A DNA stretch of 63,731 bases, the filler included, from Circinaria calcarea (taxonomy: Eukaryota), in assembly GCA_051942165.1 (NCBI GenBank). It is 19 parts of 19 records of this genome, joined end to end, with 100 filler letters (N's around TTAATTAATTAA, not from the genome) between each part and the next. Parts side by side here need not be neighbours in the genome. Positions count along the whole stretch, not along the records: positions 33,665 to 36,923 come from JAVECS010002933.1; positions 37,024 to 40,282 come from JAVECS010002934.1; positions 40,383 to 43,638 come from JAVECS010002935.1; positions 43,739 to 46,992 come from JAVECS010002936.1; positions 47,093 to 50,343 come from JAVECS010002937.1; 14 more parts are not named here. One strand, written 5' to 3'. This document shows positions 35,909 to 47,633 of this stretch, piece after piece; position 1 is the first letter of the stretch; the number at the start of each line of letters is the position of its first letter. A program made the position numbers and the translations under genes. The notes below the pieces were generated by a model that was not told the DNA's origin, searched no databases, and saw nothing but the letters and a program-made list of their open reading frames with translations.

Positions 35909-36923
35909 TTAAAATCCTAACCTCAAAGGGGTCAACGCGTCCTCAAAAGGATTCGGACCCCGGCCATCAAGGAAGGCAATCACGGGCATATTCGACTGTT
36001 TCTCTTCGAACATGTTCGTTCCCATGACGTCAATCTTGCAGACGTCCAGGTTGATGTCCATATTCTTCAACCGTTCGAGGAAACTGAACCAAGTCCCACC
36101 AACGATGCGAATATTGACGAAGCTTAAACGCCGGATCCGAGAATGCGTATCGAGGAAATCTACCAGTCCTGATTCGGCCACAGTCAAAGACCGGATAGAG
36201 AAATCTTCGAGGCTTTGCAGTGGGATTCCGTCTGAATGGGAATAACATTAGATGGGGTGCTCTTCTCGCAAGGTAATCACGAACTCACCGAACATTCTAT
36301 CCAGAAAAACGCCAGTGTTGTGGTTGCGGAGACCGCATTCGAAACTAAGATGTAGTAGCTTCAGCCCTTGGAGGTGGCCGAGGGATTTCGGAAATTTAAA
36401 CGAATTACGGACGTCGACTGTAAGGTAAGCCTTTTCAAGGTGGTAGAAAGCGTGGCTGCAACCGATACTGCGCGTCGTTGCTTCGAGGTCAAAGTCTCCG
36501 ATAGGTAGACTAGGTCTATGAAAGTCGTGGTGGGTTCCAATCGCGAGCGAAAGAATTCGAGAAGTGAGGTGCCCCTCCGAGAGCGTTTGTAGTAGATCTA
36601 AGACACCCTGACGCCACGTCGCATCGTGTATTCTTGCTGCTTCGGAGTTTGTAAAGCCATGTTTAACAGTCGGCGGAACAATTTCGAAGCAGCCGACTCG
36701 GAGGTCTGGATCTCGGGGCCAGAGAAAGGAATAATTCGGTCTGTTCCGTGCGGTTATGATGACTCGAGATAGGCGTGGTAGTAGTGGAATTGCACTAGCA
36801 AGGCACCTCATGTCGGTGCCACTCTTCCGGCAGTTCTGCTGCTCATGATAAAGGCCAATGTATCGAGCATGACTGACTTTAGCCTGTGTCTTGGTCAAGG
36901 GCCATTCACGGCGTTCGGGAGAG
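35909..36923 (-). CDS. Hypothetical protein, C-terminal part typical of fungal F-box/LRR-like proteins (5'-truncated)
   Basis: Two ORFs joined by an intron (GTGAGT...TTCAG, ~36231-36288). RYIGLYHEQQ..LASAIPLLPRL; LVDFLDTHSRIRRLSFVNIRIVGGTWFSFLERLK. Confidence 0.65.
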
Positions 36924-37111
36924 NNNNNNNNNNNNNNNNNNNNNNNNNNNNNNNNNNNNNNNNNNNNTTAATTAATTAANNNNNNNNNNNNNNNNNNNNN
37001 NNNNNNNNNNNNNNNNNNNNNNNCAATAAACATTAACGTCAATATTCACGAGCCGTCTGCTGAAGCTGAAAACATGAAACCGCCAGCGGTATCATCGGCG
37101 GCAGCAGCAGC

Positions 37112-38466
37112 TCACATCGCCTTAAGCGCCGCCCCCAGCTCCTTCGCCTTTGCCGCAAACCTCACCGAAGCCATCTCCCCATTCCGGAGCCTTAAAAGAC
37201 CACAAAACGTCGATTTCAAAAAGACGTCGCCGTAGATTACGGCTGGGGATTTGGAGGCGAGGCCAGATTGGATGCCGCCGAAGCAGTCTGGTTGAGGGTT
37301 AGCTTTTTTTCAGGGGCGGTTGAATGTGGGGGAATTAGGGAAAAAACGGAAGGGGGGTGTTTACTTGATGTTTTACTTGGATCTAGGGCCCAGATTAATG
37401 ATCTCGCCGCTAATTTTAGCGATATAAGTGCCAAACCCGAGGTAAATGTCCGGGATATTGGCGGAACAGGGAAAGGCATAACCGCTCAGCCGCTTGTTAT
37501 CCTTCGCGCCGTCGGTCTTGTCATAGTACGCTCTACAGAAGCCCTGGGTGCTGTCGACGTCGAGGGAGACGAGGTCGCCAGTGTTCTTGGTAGTGTCGAT
37601 GAAGCCGAAGTCGTAGCTGCCGGGTTCTGCATGGCGGAGATCGGCGGTGAAGAGCGGGGGGGCCTAGGGAGTTTCTCACGTTGGTGAAAAAAGGTTTTTT
37701 TGGAGTTCTACTGAGGGAGTCGTTAGTTTTGCATTTGCGTAGGTTGAAGATACTGCCAGTGTTGGGTATTATGAGAGTACTGACCGTTGTTAATATTGTC
37801 AAAGGCGAGACCAAGAAGATCGTCGTTGTTAAAGTCTTGTAGGAAGTCTTGACTGACTGTCGACGCCAGCTCCACGGCTTGGTCTTTTACGGCAACGCCC
37901 CCAATGTCAACGATATCAGTGTATACATCGCCACTGGCGGAGCTACCATCTCAGTAACTTATATCCCAGGTAGAATCTTCGAATTGCTTCGAGGTTGAAG
38001 AAGTGGTTGCATCATAGATTGAATAATTATCCTGATTGGATTTCGAGAGCTCTGTCAAGTAAACCCAATTACAACTACAATACATTAGCTATAACCTCCC
38101 AGCCACAGTGCCGCGCGTGCATTCATCTTTGTAGTAAAGGTTTCGTCTTGTAGACTTACAGATCGGAAGAGACAGTATCGAAATCCAAAGTTGAAATCCT
38201 GCCCACCTATATTTAATAAAGCAATGTACTCGGAATCAGTATCACTGGGGGTAGCAGTGACGGAATCGGTGGTATTTGATACTGCATTTGCAATGTGTCC
38301 CGGTAGTTTCTGGCCAAACTTGTTATATACACGCGCTAATGCCACGGGTCCGTTCTTTCGAAAAGTCTTGGTCCTGGTTTGTTGGACTGTGAAGTGATCA
38401 CATTTTGTATACGGAGTTTACTGATGCGATAGTAAAGAGAAGAACAGCTGCGATACCGAGGCGCAC
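37112..38466 (-). pseudogene. Aspergillopepsin/penicillopepsin-like aspartic protease pseudogene
   Basis: GSVTATP-like TDSVTATPSDTDSEY; frameshift before DFDTVSSDL (from DTGSSDL); [41 protein letters not shown]; second DTG motif absent; CFGGIQ..IYGDVFLKS; GTG in place of the start ATG. Confidence 0.88.
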
Positions 38467-40042
38467 GGTGTCTTAAATTTTTATTAGTGGATTACTGTGA
38501 TAATTTGTTAATTATATTTCTCAGTATAAACGTTGGTATTAATCTTGGCAGTCGCTGACTTCTTATAATATTAGATAATGCGGCGAAAGTTGGATATTGA
38601 GAATACAAAATCCGCGTTCCGCAATGAGAAACATTATGATAACATGCCCGCACAACGTTGAGAGATGAACATTGTAGCTGTGGGGATCCATGCGTGGTAC
38701 CTGAATTCATCAGTGGGCCAGCCGATTAGGGCCCCAGCCAAACGAGAAGTGTCCGTATGTACATAGAAGAGCAGTAGTAAAGTTCAAACACGATTGAAAC
38801 ACAGTTTCTCTCCATCCAATACCAATCATAAGCACTATCAGAAGAATACTGTAGGAACTTGAAAGTGAAAAGGCAGCATCGGCAACTGAACGGCCTGCTG
38901 TAGAGCAATGCAAGGCATAAGAGTACCATTCCAGGAGGAGCACTAGATAACCTAGTATCTTGGTCACCCCGTAATAATGCAAGTAATGTTTGCCATACAT
39001 ACGAAAAAGGGCCAGTCGCCTTGCCAGCCGCCTTGGGATAAAGAGACTTCTCGCTCCACAGGTAGTCGAATGGTATGATGCTGGACTCTGGTAGCCTGGC
39101 CTCATCTGGCAGCCACAAAGAATGACGCCACCCCCTATTCTACCACAACACCATCTCTACAGTTCTTTCACGGCGTGTCAATCACAATCAAACAAGCGTC
39201 TTGTGTATGGTTTATGGTTTTTATGATATGAGAGCAAAAAGAATGCGGGCGGCCTGTACTTTATTTTTAGAAAGAAACGTTTCAGCGGTCGGTCCGTGCC
39301 AAGGCCTACCATACCCCTGCCGAGTCTCAGGTGTCAGGTACCATTGTTTCAGAGCGAGCGAAGACGAGACAGGTGCTTGGTGCTTTACCGCATTCAGGCT
39401 TTCTATGTATCTCTAATGATCTAACCCTTCCACACTCCAATAGATAGGCAAATCCTCTCACTTGTCAATTTCTGATCTGACCAATGCCGCCATCATATTG
39501 GCCAGACCGTGGATCCGTGGTTCACACATCCCTCCTAATCTAACATGATTGGCCATTGGCTTTCTACGACCGCGCTCCTTCCTCGACGCTCTTTCCAGAC
39601 CACCGACCATAATAAGCTTGTAATCCAATTCCTTTGAGAATATCGATATTGGACCATATATTCTCCAAACGTACCGTGACCGTCAGCGCCATTGAAGACC
39701 GACTCGTTACCGAAACAAGGGATTCTCGACTGTGCTGCTAACCACTGGTCTTGAGCACAAAGTCAATCTACACCTGCGGCCAGCACCATTTTCAAGCCGC
39801 CTCGGTCCTTCCTGGGGCAATACGTCTCTTATGGTGTCTTGAACCTTGCCGCTCCCAGCTTTATGACTGACGACCTGACGACAACGATTTTCTTTCTGAC
39901 CCCTTTGCCCAACGGGGAAGTCGAGTTCGATCTGAACTTTACGACCTTAGCTGCTGAACCTTGGATCAACCTTGATCAGCGTCTCGAGTACACAACACAT
40001 CGTTAGCTCCCCAGCCATTGATACCGTCACTCCATCACGGCA

Positions 40043-40282
40043 ATGGCCAATTCCGAAGGCGGCATGATGAATGGCTCGGTGGACCCCGAAACTCTGTACA
40101 CGAAGCAAAACTGCATAGGTTAGTCGACAAGTCATGCCAAAATATTTATTGGGCTGATGGGAATGCAGGTGGTGGCAGCTTTGGCAAGGTCTATAAAGGG
40201 TACGGTGCATGATAATCTAAGTGTCGATAGGATACTGAGCTGTCGCAGAGTTGATCGACGTACAGGCCAGGCTGTAGCGATA
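40043..40282 (+). CDS. Ste20/GCK-III (MST/STK24-like) Ser/Thr kinase, N-terminus (truncated)
   Basis: Spliced MANSEGGMMNGSVDPETLYTKQNCIG|GGSFGKVYKG|VDRRTGQAVAI with the Gly-rich loop. Two introns. Confidence 0.9.
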
Positions 40283-40948
40283 NNNNNNNNNNNNNNNNNN
40301 NNNNNNNNNNNNNNNNNNNNNNNNNNTTAATTAATTAANNNNNNNNNNNNNNNNNNNNNNNNNNNNNNNNNNNNNNNNNNNNAGCTCTGACAAGAGGTGG
40401 ATCTTTATTGCGAATAAGCCTTGCGCTATATCCATCTCGACCACAGTTAAGCCAGAGCATAAGGTTATGATCGCTGCAGTCACCCTCAAGGCCGCCGGAG
40501 TCCGTTCACGTCAGCTAGACTGACCGTTTTCCAAATCCACCAGCTCGGCCTGTTATTGCTCTTCGCTGTAAATCTTTCATGCGGGTGGTCCAAAGCGCTC
40601 ACCACGAAAACCAAACCGACAACAAGCGTCCGCTACCAAAACAAGCATAGGGCACACTGGCCCTACTTTGCCGTCTTTTCATTTCACTCTTCCCTTCATT
40701 AATCTCTTCGCACGTTTTTCACGCCATACCCACGTGGCGGCAGCAGTCCGGTTTGCACTCTCTTCGTATTCCATCATAAACCGCGGCGCTCATCCTCTTG
40801 ACACCTTCGCTTCATTCGTTGGCTTTGCTGCCACCTGTTGGCGGCTAATTCCCTATCGTGTGTCGTCGGCAAACACGTACGTTGCTGTTTCGCATCCGTA
40901 GGAACCCTGCCATTAATGGTATAAGTGTATGCCTCAGTGCCCCTCAGT

Positions 40949-42793
40949 ATGGCGACTACCGCTCCTTCGCATCGGCCATGGGAAATGGCTAGTCCAACCT
41001 CGAATCCTTCTACTACTCCACGGCCTGGAAATCAGCTTCCATCAATTACTGCTTTGACGAGCGGGGTTCTTGGAGGTCCTATGGGCAGTGGCCAAACGTC
41101 TCCAGCCAGTACCCGCGAACGATCCTCGGGAGCATGGTCTTCCCAGCCTCAAAGTACCCGTGAGTCTCCAGTTCTGTCCCTTGTAAAAACGTGCCAATGT
41201 TCCATTCCATCCATCTCGTTGTTGTCCGTATCCCAAGGCGTGGCTTGGTAGTACTGCTGACACCCCTTCCTAAGGTTCTTCGGCGTACTCAAGTAATACG
41301 AACAGCTACCACATCACTTCTAGCTTCAAGTCAAATCATGCCTCTCCCAACCGTGCTTCGAACTCAAGTCAGCTTGGTGCAACTTCACACCCTTCCGACT
41401 ACTCGCATGCGTCTAACGGACCTACCGTCCAGTATTCCCCTGGTTTTTCCATTTCTCAAACTCCTGCACTCCCGTTTCTCAACCAGAATCATGACCCTTC
41501 TCGTCATAACCAAGAGTTTCCAACAGAATCTCGCAGGAGTAGTTTGGGCAGTCAAGTCAATCAGGGTTTCAACGGACTCCATATCAACGGCACCGGCTCT
41601 CCATACGCCGGAAGCATCAACCAGTCTTCGACATCCCTTGCTCAGAACCTTTCAAGGGAACGTGGGATTACCAATGCTGGTGGCAATCGGAATTCTCGGT
41701 CGTCGGGACAGCATGCAATAACTCCTCTGTCGCCGCTTGGCAACGAATCGCGCCTGAATTTCGCACCCCGCATCGCGCCACCCATTGGACGCAATCCTAG
41801 AAGTGATGTATACAATGCCGATGAACCCATCCAAGGTCAAGCATATGCATTTCCCGACCCACCGGACCTGCGCCCGGGAGACCTACCTCCAGCACGAGGA
41901 CAGCGAAAGAGGGATAGCATTGACGGCGAAGATCCGCGTACCAGTGGCTTTTCTCGTCGTGATAGTGGGCATGACTCCATTACAAGCAGCATTGTCACGT
42001 CTGACTCTCGACTTCCTCCCGGTCAACACCGATTGGACGAACGTATGCAATATCCGCTTCTCTCTGATTTACATTGTAACTACCTGCTAAAATCTGTATA
42101 GTACCTGATATGCCCGGAACCCATCATCACACACTACAACAGAATCAGGTTCCTAGCCTTAATAGCGATCCTGAAATGTCTGCGGATGGTGTGACACCCT
42201 ATAGCCGTACTCCAGCTCTCAGGGTAAGCCACAAAATGGCAGAACGCAAACGGAGAAGTGAGATGAAGGATCTCTTTGAGAACCTTCGATCTCAAATTCC
42301 ATCGAACCAGGGATCTAAGTCGAGCAAGTGGGAAATCTTAACCAAAGGTGTGTCTTTAGGTCCTAACCTTACCCCTCAAAGTTTTGATACAGGGAGCTTG
42401 GCTAACTCCCATGCAGCATCTGAATATATCAAGGCCCTGGAAAACTCCGTTCAAACAGCGCGAGAAGCAGATAAACAACTTCGTGTTGCTTGCCACGATA
42501 TTGAAATTTCGCGTCGCGATAATGATGAACTACGTCACGAAAATCAGCGTCTGTTACACGAGATACAGCGACTTCAGCAATCTGCATCGATACAGCAAGC
42601 TACGTCGATGCAGCAACCCACGTCGATGCACCAACAACCAGTGGCAATGTATCCACCACAACCACCATACAACGCACCACCTCCACCACCTGCTATGGGT
42701 CCTGATCCATCTCGCTCGCTCCCTCCACTGACAAATGGCACCGCTGCAGCTTCATCCATGCAGGGTATTCAGTATACCCATGAGCGTCGTTAG
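40949..42793 (+). CDS. bHLH transcription factor (DevR/Hpa3-like)
   Basis: LPSITAL N-terminal motif; TPYSRTPALRVSHKMAERKRRSEMKDLFENLRSQIP...KSSKWEILTK|ASEYIKALE; SRSLPPL..SSMQGIQY. Three introns. Confidence 0.9.
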
Positions 42794-43738
42794 TTTGGTA
42801 TTCTGGAAATGGGTGGGTAGGGAGTGGGTAGAGACGCTACTTGGAAGGCGTTCAATCACTGTGGTAATCTATCCTTGGCCCCTCTGGTGTCTTTCATCCC
42901 CCTAAGATCAATCGAATCCCACCAGATTGGTTTTCGACCGCGTCTAGGATCCGGTTTGGACCTCTTAGCACAACCGAACTAGGCTCAAAGCCATCCACGG
43001 GGTACAGGATTGCTTCACGGTGTTTTACTGAGAGCTCCCTCCGACTCTTAATGTATTCAACGATGTATTGGCTAGTAATGGCGGCGTTGTGTCGCGGTGT
43101 GCGTATCTAAGGATACCCACTTGGTGCGATTACTGTTTTGTTCCCCAATCTTCGGCTGCGGTGTCCACACTACGTCGTTGTTCTTTTTCTAAAAATGTTT
43201 TCTTATCATGCGTCACTCCCGGAGCTCTCCAGCATACCTTCCATCTTCGAGGATAGCTACCGGTGGCTTTCATCTGGCTGTACTTGATCAACCGTGGAAT
43301 AAAGAAACTTTAGGTTTCGAGGTGGACTTTGTTTATTGGCGGTTTATTCAGCATGGAGTTGTTAGAGGTGCATGACCTCTTGCATCCGCTCCTCGCTATC
43401 ATGGTTGGTTGGCATGTGATAACGAAGCGTGCAATACGCTGTTTCCGCTCTGCGAGGTTGCTTTGAAAAGTACCATGAAACTGGATGCGTCTTCGATGTA
43501 GCAGAAGACAGTACGAAGTTACGATGGAGTCTTCGGGACTAGGCTGTGGGAATGGGCTGTACCTAGATAATTCCATAGGCGGATAAGTCTTCGATTCTTC
43601 CAATCGACAGAATCCCAATAATAACTGGCATGACCACTNNNNNNNNNNNNNNNNNNNNNNNNNNNNNNNNNNNNNNNNNNNNTTAATTAATTAANNNNNN
43701 NNNNNNNNNNNNNNNNNNNNNNNNNNNNNNNNNNNNNN

Positions 43739-44434
43739 CCACATATCCCAGATGTGCACACTGAGGTTGAGAACACTGATATGCTCGAGCTTGGTATTTT
43801 CAGGCATTTATGGGTACTCTATTCAGAATCCAAGAAGATCGACAGCGTGGTTTTGTTAGATGAAGATTCTATGATGGTCAGTCACCAGTTGAACACTGAT
43901 GAGCCTGAGGACGAGGATTGTGCAAGCGAAGCCGAATTTGACGAGTCACCAAATGGAAGTCGAGGAGTTGAAGCCCAATCTAGTCTGGATGCTGAGCTGG
44001 AAGGCCTGACCCAGGAGCAAAAGGAAGATTTACTACACTGGAAGAACCTAGTTTCCATCTCCAACCAGCGAGAGATGCGTGAAGCCCAATCTAGTCTGGA
44101 TGCTGAGCTGGAAGGCCTGACCCAGGAGCAAAAGGAAGATTTACTACACTGGAAGAACTCAGTTTCCATCTCCAACCAGCGAGAGATGCGTGAAGATTTA
44201 CATAAGAGGGAGAAAGGAGCCGAGCCCCTATTTATCGAGAAGAACCTCGAAGATTTACAAATTGATTCGATCCGAGCGAGCGCGCCGAAAATTTCAGAAG
44301 GGTTAGCGTACGAGTCCCGATACACCGAATGTTGGTATTGTTGTCAATGCAGAGATGGTCCCAAACTCAGGGTTAATCAACGTTGCTGTATTGTATGTGA
44401 TCATCAACCATGTTCTTGGTGTACGTACTGGTGA
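43739..44434 (+). CDS. Hypothetical protein with C-terminal Cys cluster (WYCCQC..GP...C..CDH.PC..C); 5' end uncertain
   Basis: Open frame up to TGA 44434, with acidic linker, internal duplication and a putative zinc-binding tail. Confidence 0.6.
   Translation, partial: PHIPDVHTEVENTDMLELGIFRHLWVLYSESKKIDSVVLLDEDSMMVSHQLNTDEPEDEDCASEAEFDESPNGSRGVEAQSSLDAELEGLTQEQKEDLLHWKNLVSISNQREMREAQSSLDAELEGLTQEQKEDLLHWKNSVSISNQREMREDLHKREKGAEPLFIEKNLEDLQIDSIRASAPKISEGLAYESRYTECWYCCQCRDGPKLRVNQRCCIVCDHQPCSWCTYW
43970..44191 (+). repeat. 111-bp in-frame tandem duplication (2 copies)
   Basis: 43970-44080 and 44081-44191 are identical except AACCTA versus AACTCA. Encodes 37 aa EAQSSLDAELEGLTQEQKEDLLHWKN(L/S)VSISNQREMR. 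Confidence 0.95.
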
Positions 44435-45491
44435 GTAATAAGGTGGCGGGCCCTGGCGGTGCGCCAGGGATACTAGTGGGGTGGTGTTTTTATTTCTTTA
44501 AAATCACCGATACCCTCTAAACATCGATAGACAATATGAGTAAACCTTTACCTATGAAACACAATCAGTTTTCACAACTCTCATATTTAGATTGTGGCGT
44601 ATTTAAATGTGCACGAACGGATTACCCCTTTGAAAATTGCAATTTTCATACCTCACTGTCGCAATTGTTTGCTAGAGCTAGGTCGCGGTTATAGAGCCTC
44701 ACTGTGGTAAAGCCCCACTGTTTTAAGGGCTCACTGTCATCAGTCATCATTGCACTGGTAATTATGTATATTGCAACAGCGATAGCGACCTGGCGCCAAT
44801 GACCTTGCACCAGTGACCTTAGGACGACTAAATTTTGCAACAATCCCCTCGCCTCGGGATTGATCCGTAGACATGGCTAAACTAAAATACCTCTATTGTT
44901 CTCGTATCCTTCAACTCGAGCTGCCGATAAGCAGTTTTCCACACCCGTTAATAAACCCTGGCATCCACTACCAAACTATTAGTTTTCTTTTAACACTACG
45001 AAAGAAAAAATCGGCGATGGTACATACCGTTAGGCCGCTGTTAACTACGATAAGTCTTATGAAAGCCGTAATAGGAAGAAAGATTAACAGGCAGGGGCCA
45101 CAGCACACGATGATGCTTAATATATTAATAATAGGACAAATCCCGTATTAAATCTACCAAAACCTAGTGCAGGCCTATTACCCCGAGTATAAATTATTAA
45201 TATTAATTGCACATCATTTTTGCACGTTAAATAAAACTTAATACAACTTTACTTAATTATAACATAAGCCCGTAATAGAGAAGCTACGGGCTTAATTCAT
45301 TACTAGACCTATCAGGGACTAAATTTGGGTTCCAGTATTTACTATAATTTAAGTGTAGGGATGAAATCCCCACACGTAGCGGAAGCTAAATATATTGTGG
45401 GTCACATGATCCCGGTCTATCCCGGCCCGCGGAGCGGGCTACTATTATGCTAAAACCGTGACACACGCGCACATACATAGACGAATAGAAA

Positions 45492-46131
45492 ATGTGTCCC
45501 AAGACTTTCACCGCGGTGTTCCTGTTCGCTTTAATCAGCGAAGCCATTATCATTATTATCGGCTCAGCCAGAAACTTTGATGCCTATAATAATTAAATTA
45601 TTATCTCGACAGATAATACTGTTATTATTAGCTCTATTGGCACCTTATTAGAAACCTCGATCATCGGCTTTTCACCCGATATTACCGTCTTCCTTAATAC
45701 CGGTAACGTCGTAATTATTAATTATATCGCGGATATTTTAATAGCCTATAAAGCGTATAAAGCTGCTATCGCTCTAATCAACCGGATAAGTAAGCCGCTA
45801 AATAATACGGTGCTCTTATTAAGAGCGTACAAATACGACACCATAACGGCCTTAAACGGTGGAAAGACCCTCACGTTTAACACGCTCGGTATCTTGACGG
45901 CTTAATCTATTATTAAGGTCGGTATTTAACTTGATTTCTTCAGCAATAGCAGGATCTTGCTCAGCGGCAGTATAAAGGCCTACAGCGTCTTCTTTTGCGC
46001 TGGCAGCTCCGTCGTTATAAGCGCCAATGCCGGCGTTGACGAGCATTAATATCGCCGATGCCACGACCAATAAGGGTGAGTTGTACGGTATCAATAGCGC
46101 CGTTATCATAATTAACAATAAAATCACCTCC
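45492..46131 (+). pseudogene. RIP-inactivated ice-binding protein (DUF3494/IBP-like) gene
   Basis: Hand translation: signal peptide MCPKTFTAVFLFALISEA, then IGSARNFDAYNN*IIISTDNTVIISSIGTLLETSIIGFSPD...LNNTVLLLRAYKYDTITALNGGKTLTFNTLGILTA*SIIKVGI*LDFFSNSRILLSGSIKAYSVFFCAGSSVVISANA (frameshift) LTSINIADATTNKGELYGINSAVIIINNKITS. It is collinear with the DUF3494 motif order. Confidence 0.8.
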
Positions 46132-47633
46132 GTGCGTAAGCGTTGGATATTTTGTACCGTTGGTAGGGCGGAAACACGTGGGCACGGTGACAAATAGACA
46201 AGACGGGGCGGGATAAAATAAAGTCGGAACGTTTGTTCCTAAGGGGGGATAAGCTGGCTAGCCTGCCTCCTTTTTTATTTCATTATTTTACTGTTTATTA
46301 TATATTCCATTGCTTATAGTGAATGTTCGGTGGTCTCTAACATTTTATTTAAAAATCAGTGCAATATATTTAACCGGTTGAATTATATATTCATCGATTT
46401 TTTTCATCGCGGTATAATATCCACCCGCCCCACTTTCGAACAATATGCCAGAAGTATATATGAACCCAATACAGAAGACGCAACGCCCAGCAATGGGCGG
46501 CCTCTTTCCTCACAAAGCGTGCCCCCTGATAAATGTACCCCGCAACCACTTCCACCATTTCGAGTAGCGAATCTGAAAAAAATAAGTATTCGGCAATGGG
46601 CAAATGACAGCCTACAGTGCGTGTGCTTTCGAAAATGTCACCCCTTTATCCCTAGCCAGACTCCCTAGAACACGCCCACGCCACGCCACGCCACGCCCCA
46701 CCCCTGTGAAGGTGAGAAACGGTTCCGATCAACGGGCAACCGGCATGATCGTTAACCCAGCTTTCCCCATACTCCGTACGGAGTAACAGGTTTTTCTGCG
46801 GAACGAAAAGTTCGATTATGCCTCCCCCCACATTTAGACTAAAAGCTGTTACGGAGTGGGTGGGCGCTACTCCGTAGGGTAATCGGGAATAAATTTTTCG
46901 AAATGTTGGGGTGGGGGGGGGTGCCCTGATTCGATTTCGCACGGTATCTACGAGATGGCATTTGGCGTTTTTTCTGACAGCGGGAAATGTGGNNNNNNNN
47001 NNNNNNNNNNNNNNNNNNNNNNNNNNNNNNNNNNNNTTAATTAATTAANNNNNNNNNNNNNNNNNNNNNNNNNNNNNNNNNNNNNNNNNNNNCCGGAACA
47101 GAGGGGTGGCGGGGAGGACGATGGGCATGGGCATTGAGTGAGTTTGCGGTTAGGTCTATGCTATCGTCGATTAGAAATATCCCCAGTAGTGAAGATTGAT
47201 CCAGAACATTCATAGCCTTTACTATGAAGTCAGAAATCTCCCGCTTGCAGCCGCACAGAACCAGCCTACGAAGACCACCCCTTTCCTCTCCCTCCTCACC
47301 CCTGGACCAAGCCCCAGAAACCGAATTCAAGGCCCAATTACCACATACAATCCGCCTAGTGTCGAGCCTACCTTACCTAAATAACCCCCGTGATGCGAGC
47401 TACTTATCTCAAAACCGGGTATCCGGAAACCCAAGAGGGGGGAAATGAGATGGGGGAGTAGGACGGGAAGGAAAAGGGTTGAAAAGGGGGAGCCCAAACC
47501 GAGAATTGAATCGAGAACTGAATCGTTACTCAGCGACAATATCTGAAAGGCCTAAAAGCTGCACGCAGGGCTTGTGGACATGAATAGAGGCAAGGTAAAT
47601 TCGTTATCCTTTTCCCGGGGTCTAAAATAATCG

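Noticed and set aside
45852..46193. 113-aa minus-strand ORF as a membrane protein
   Set aside because: It is the antisense shadow of the RIPed ice-binding gene; its hydrophobicity comes from AT enrichment.
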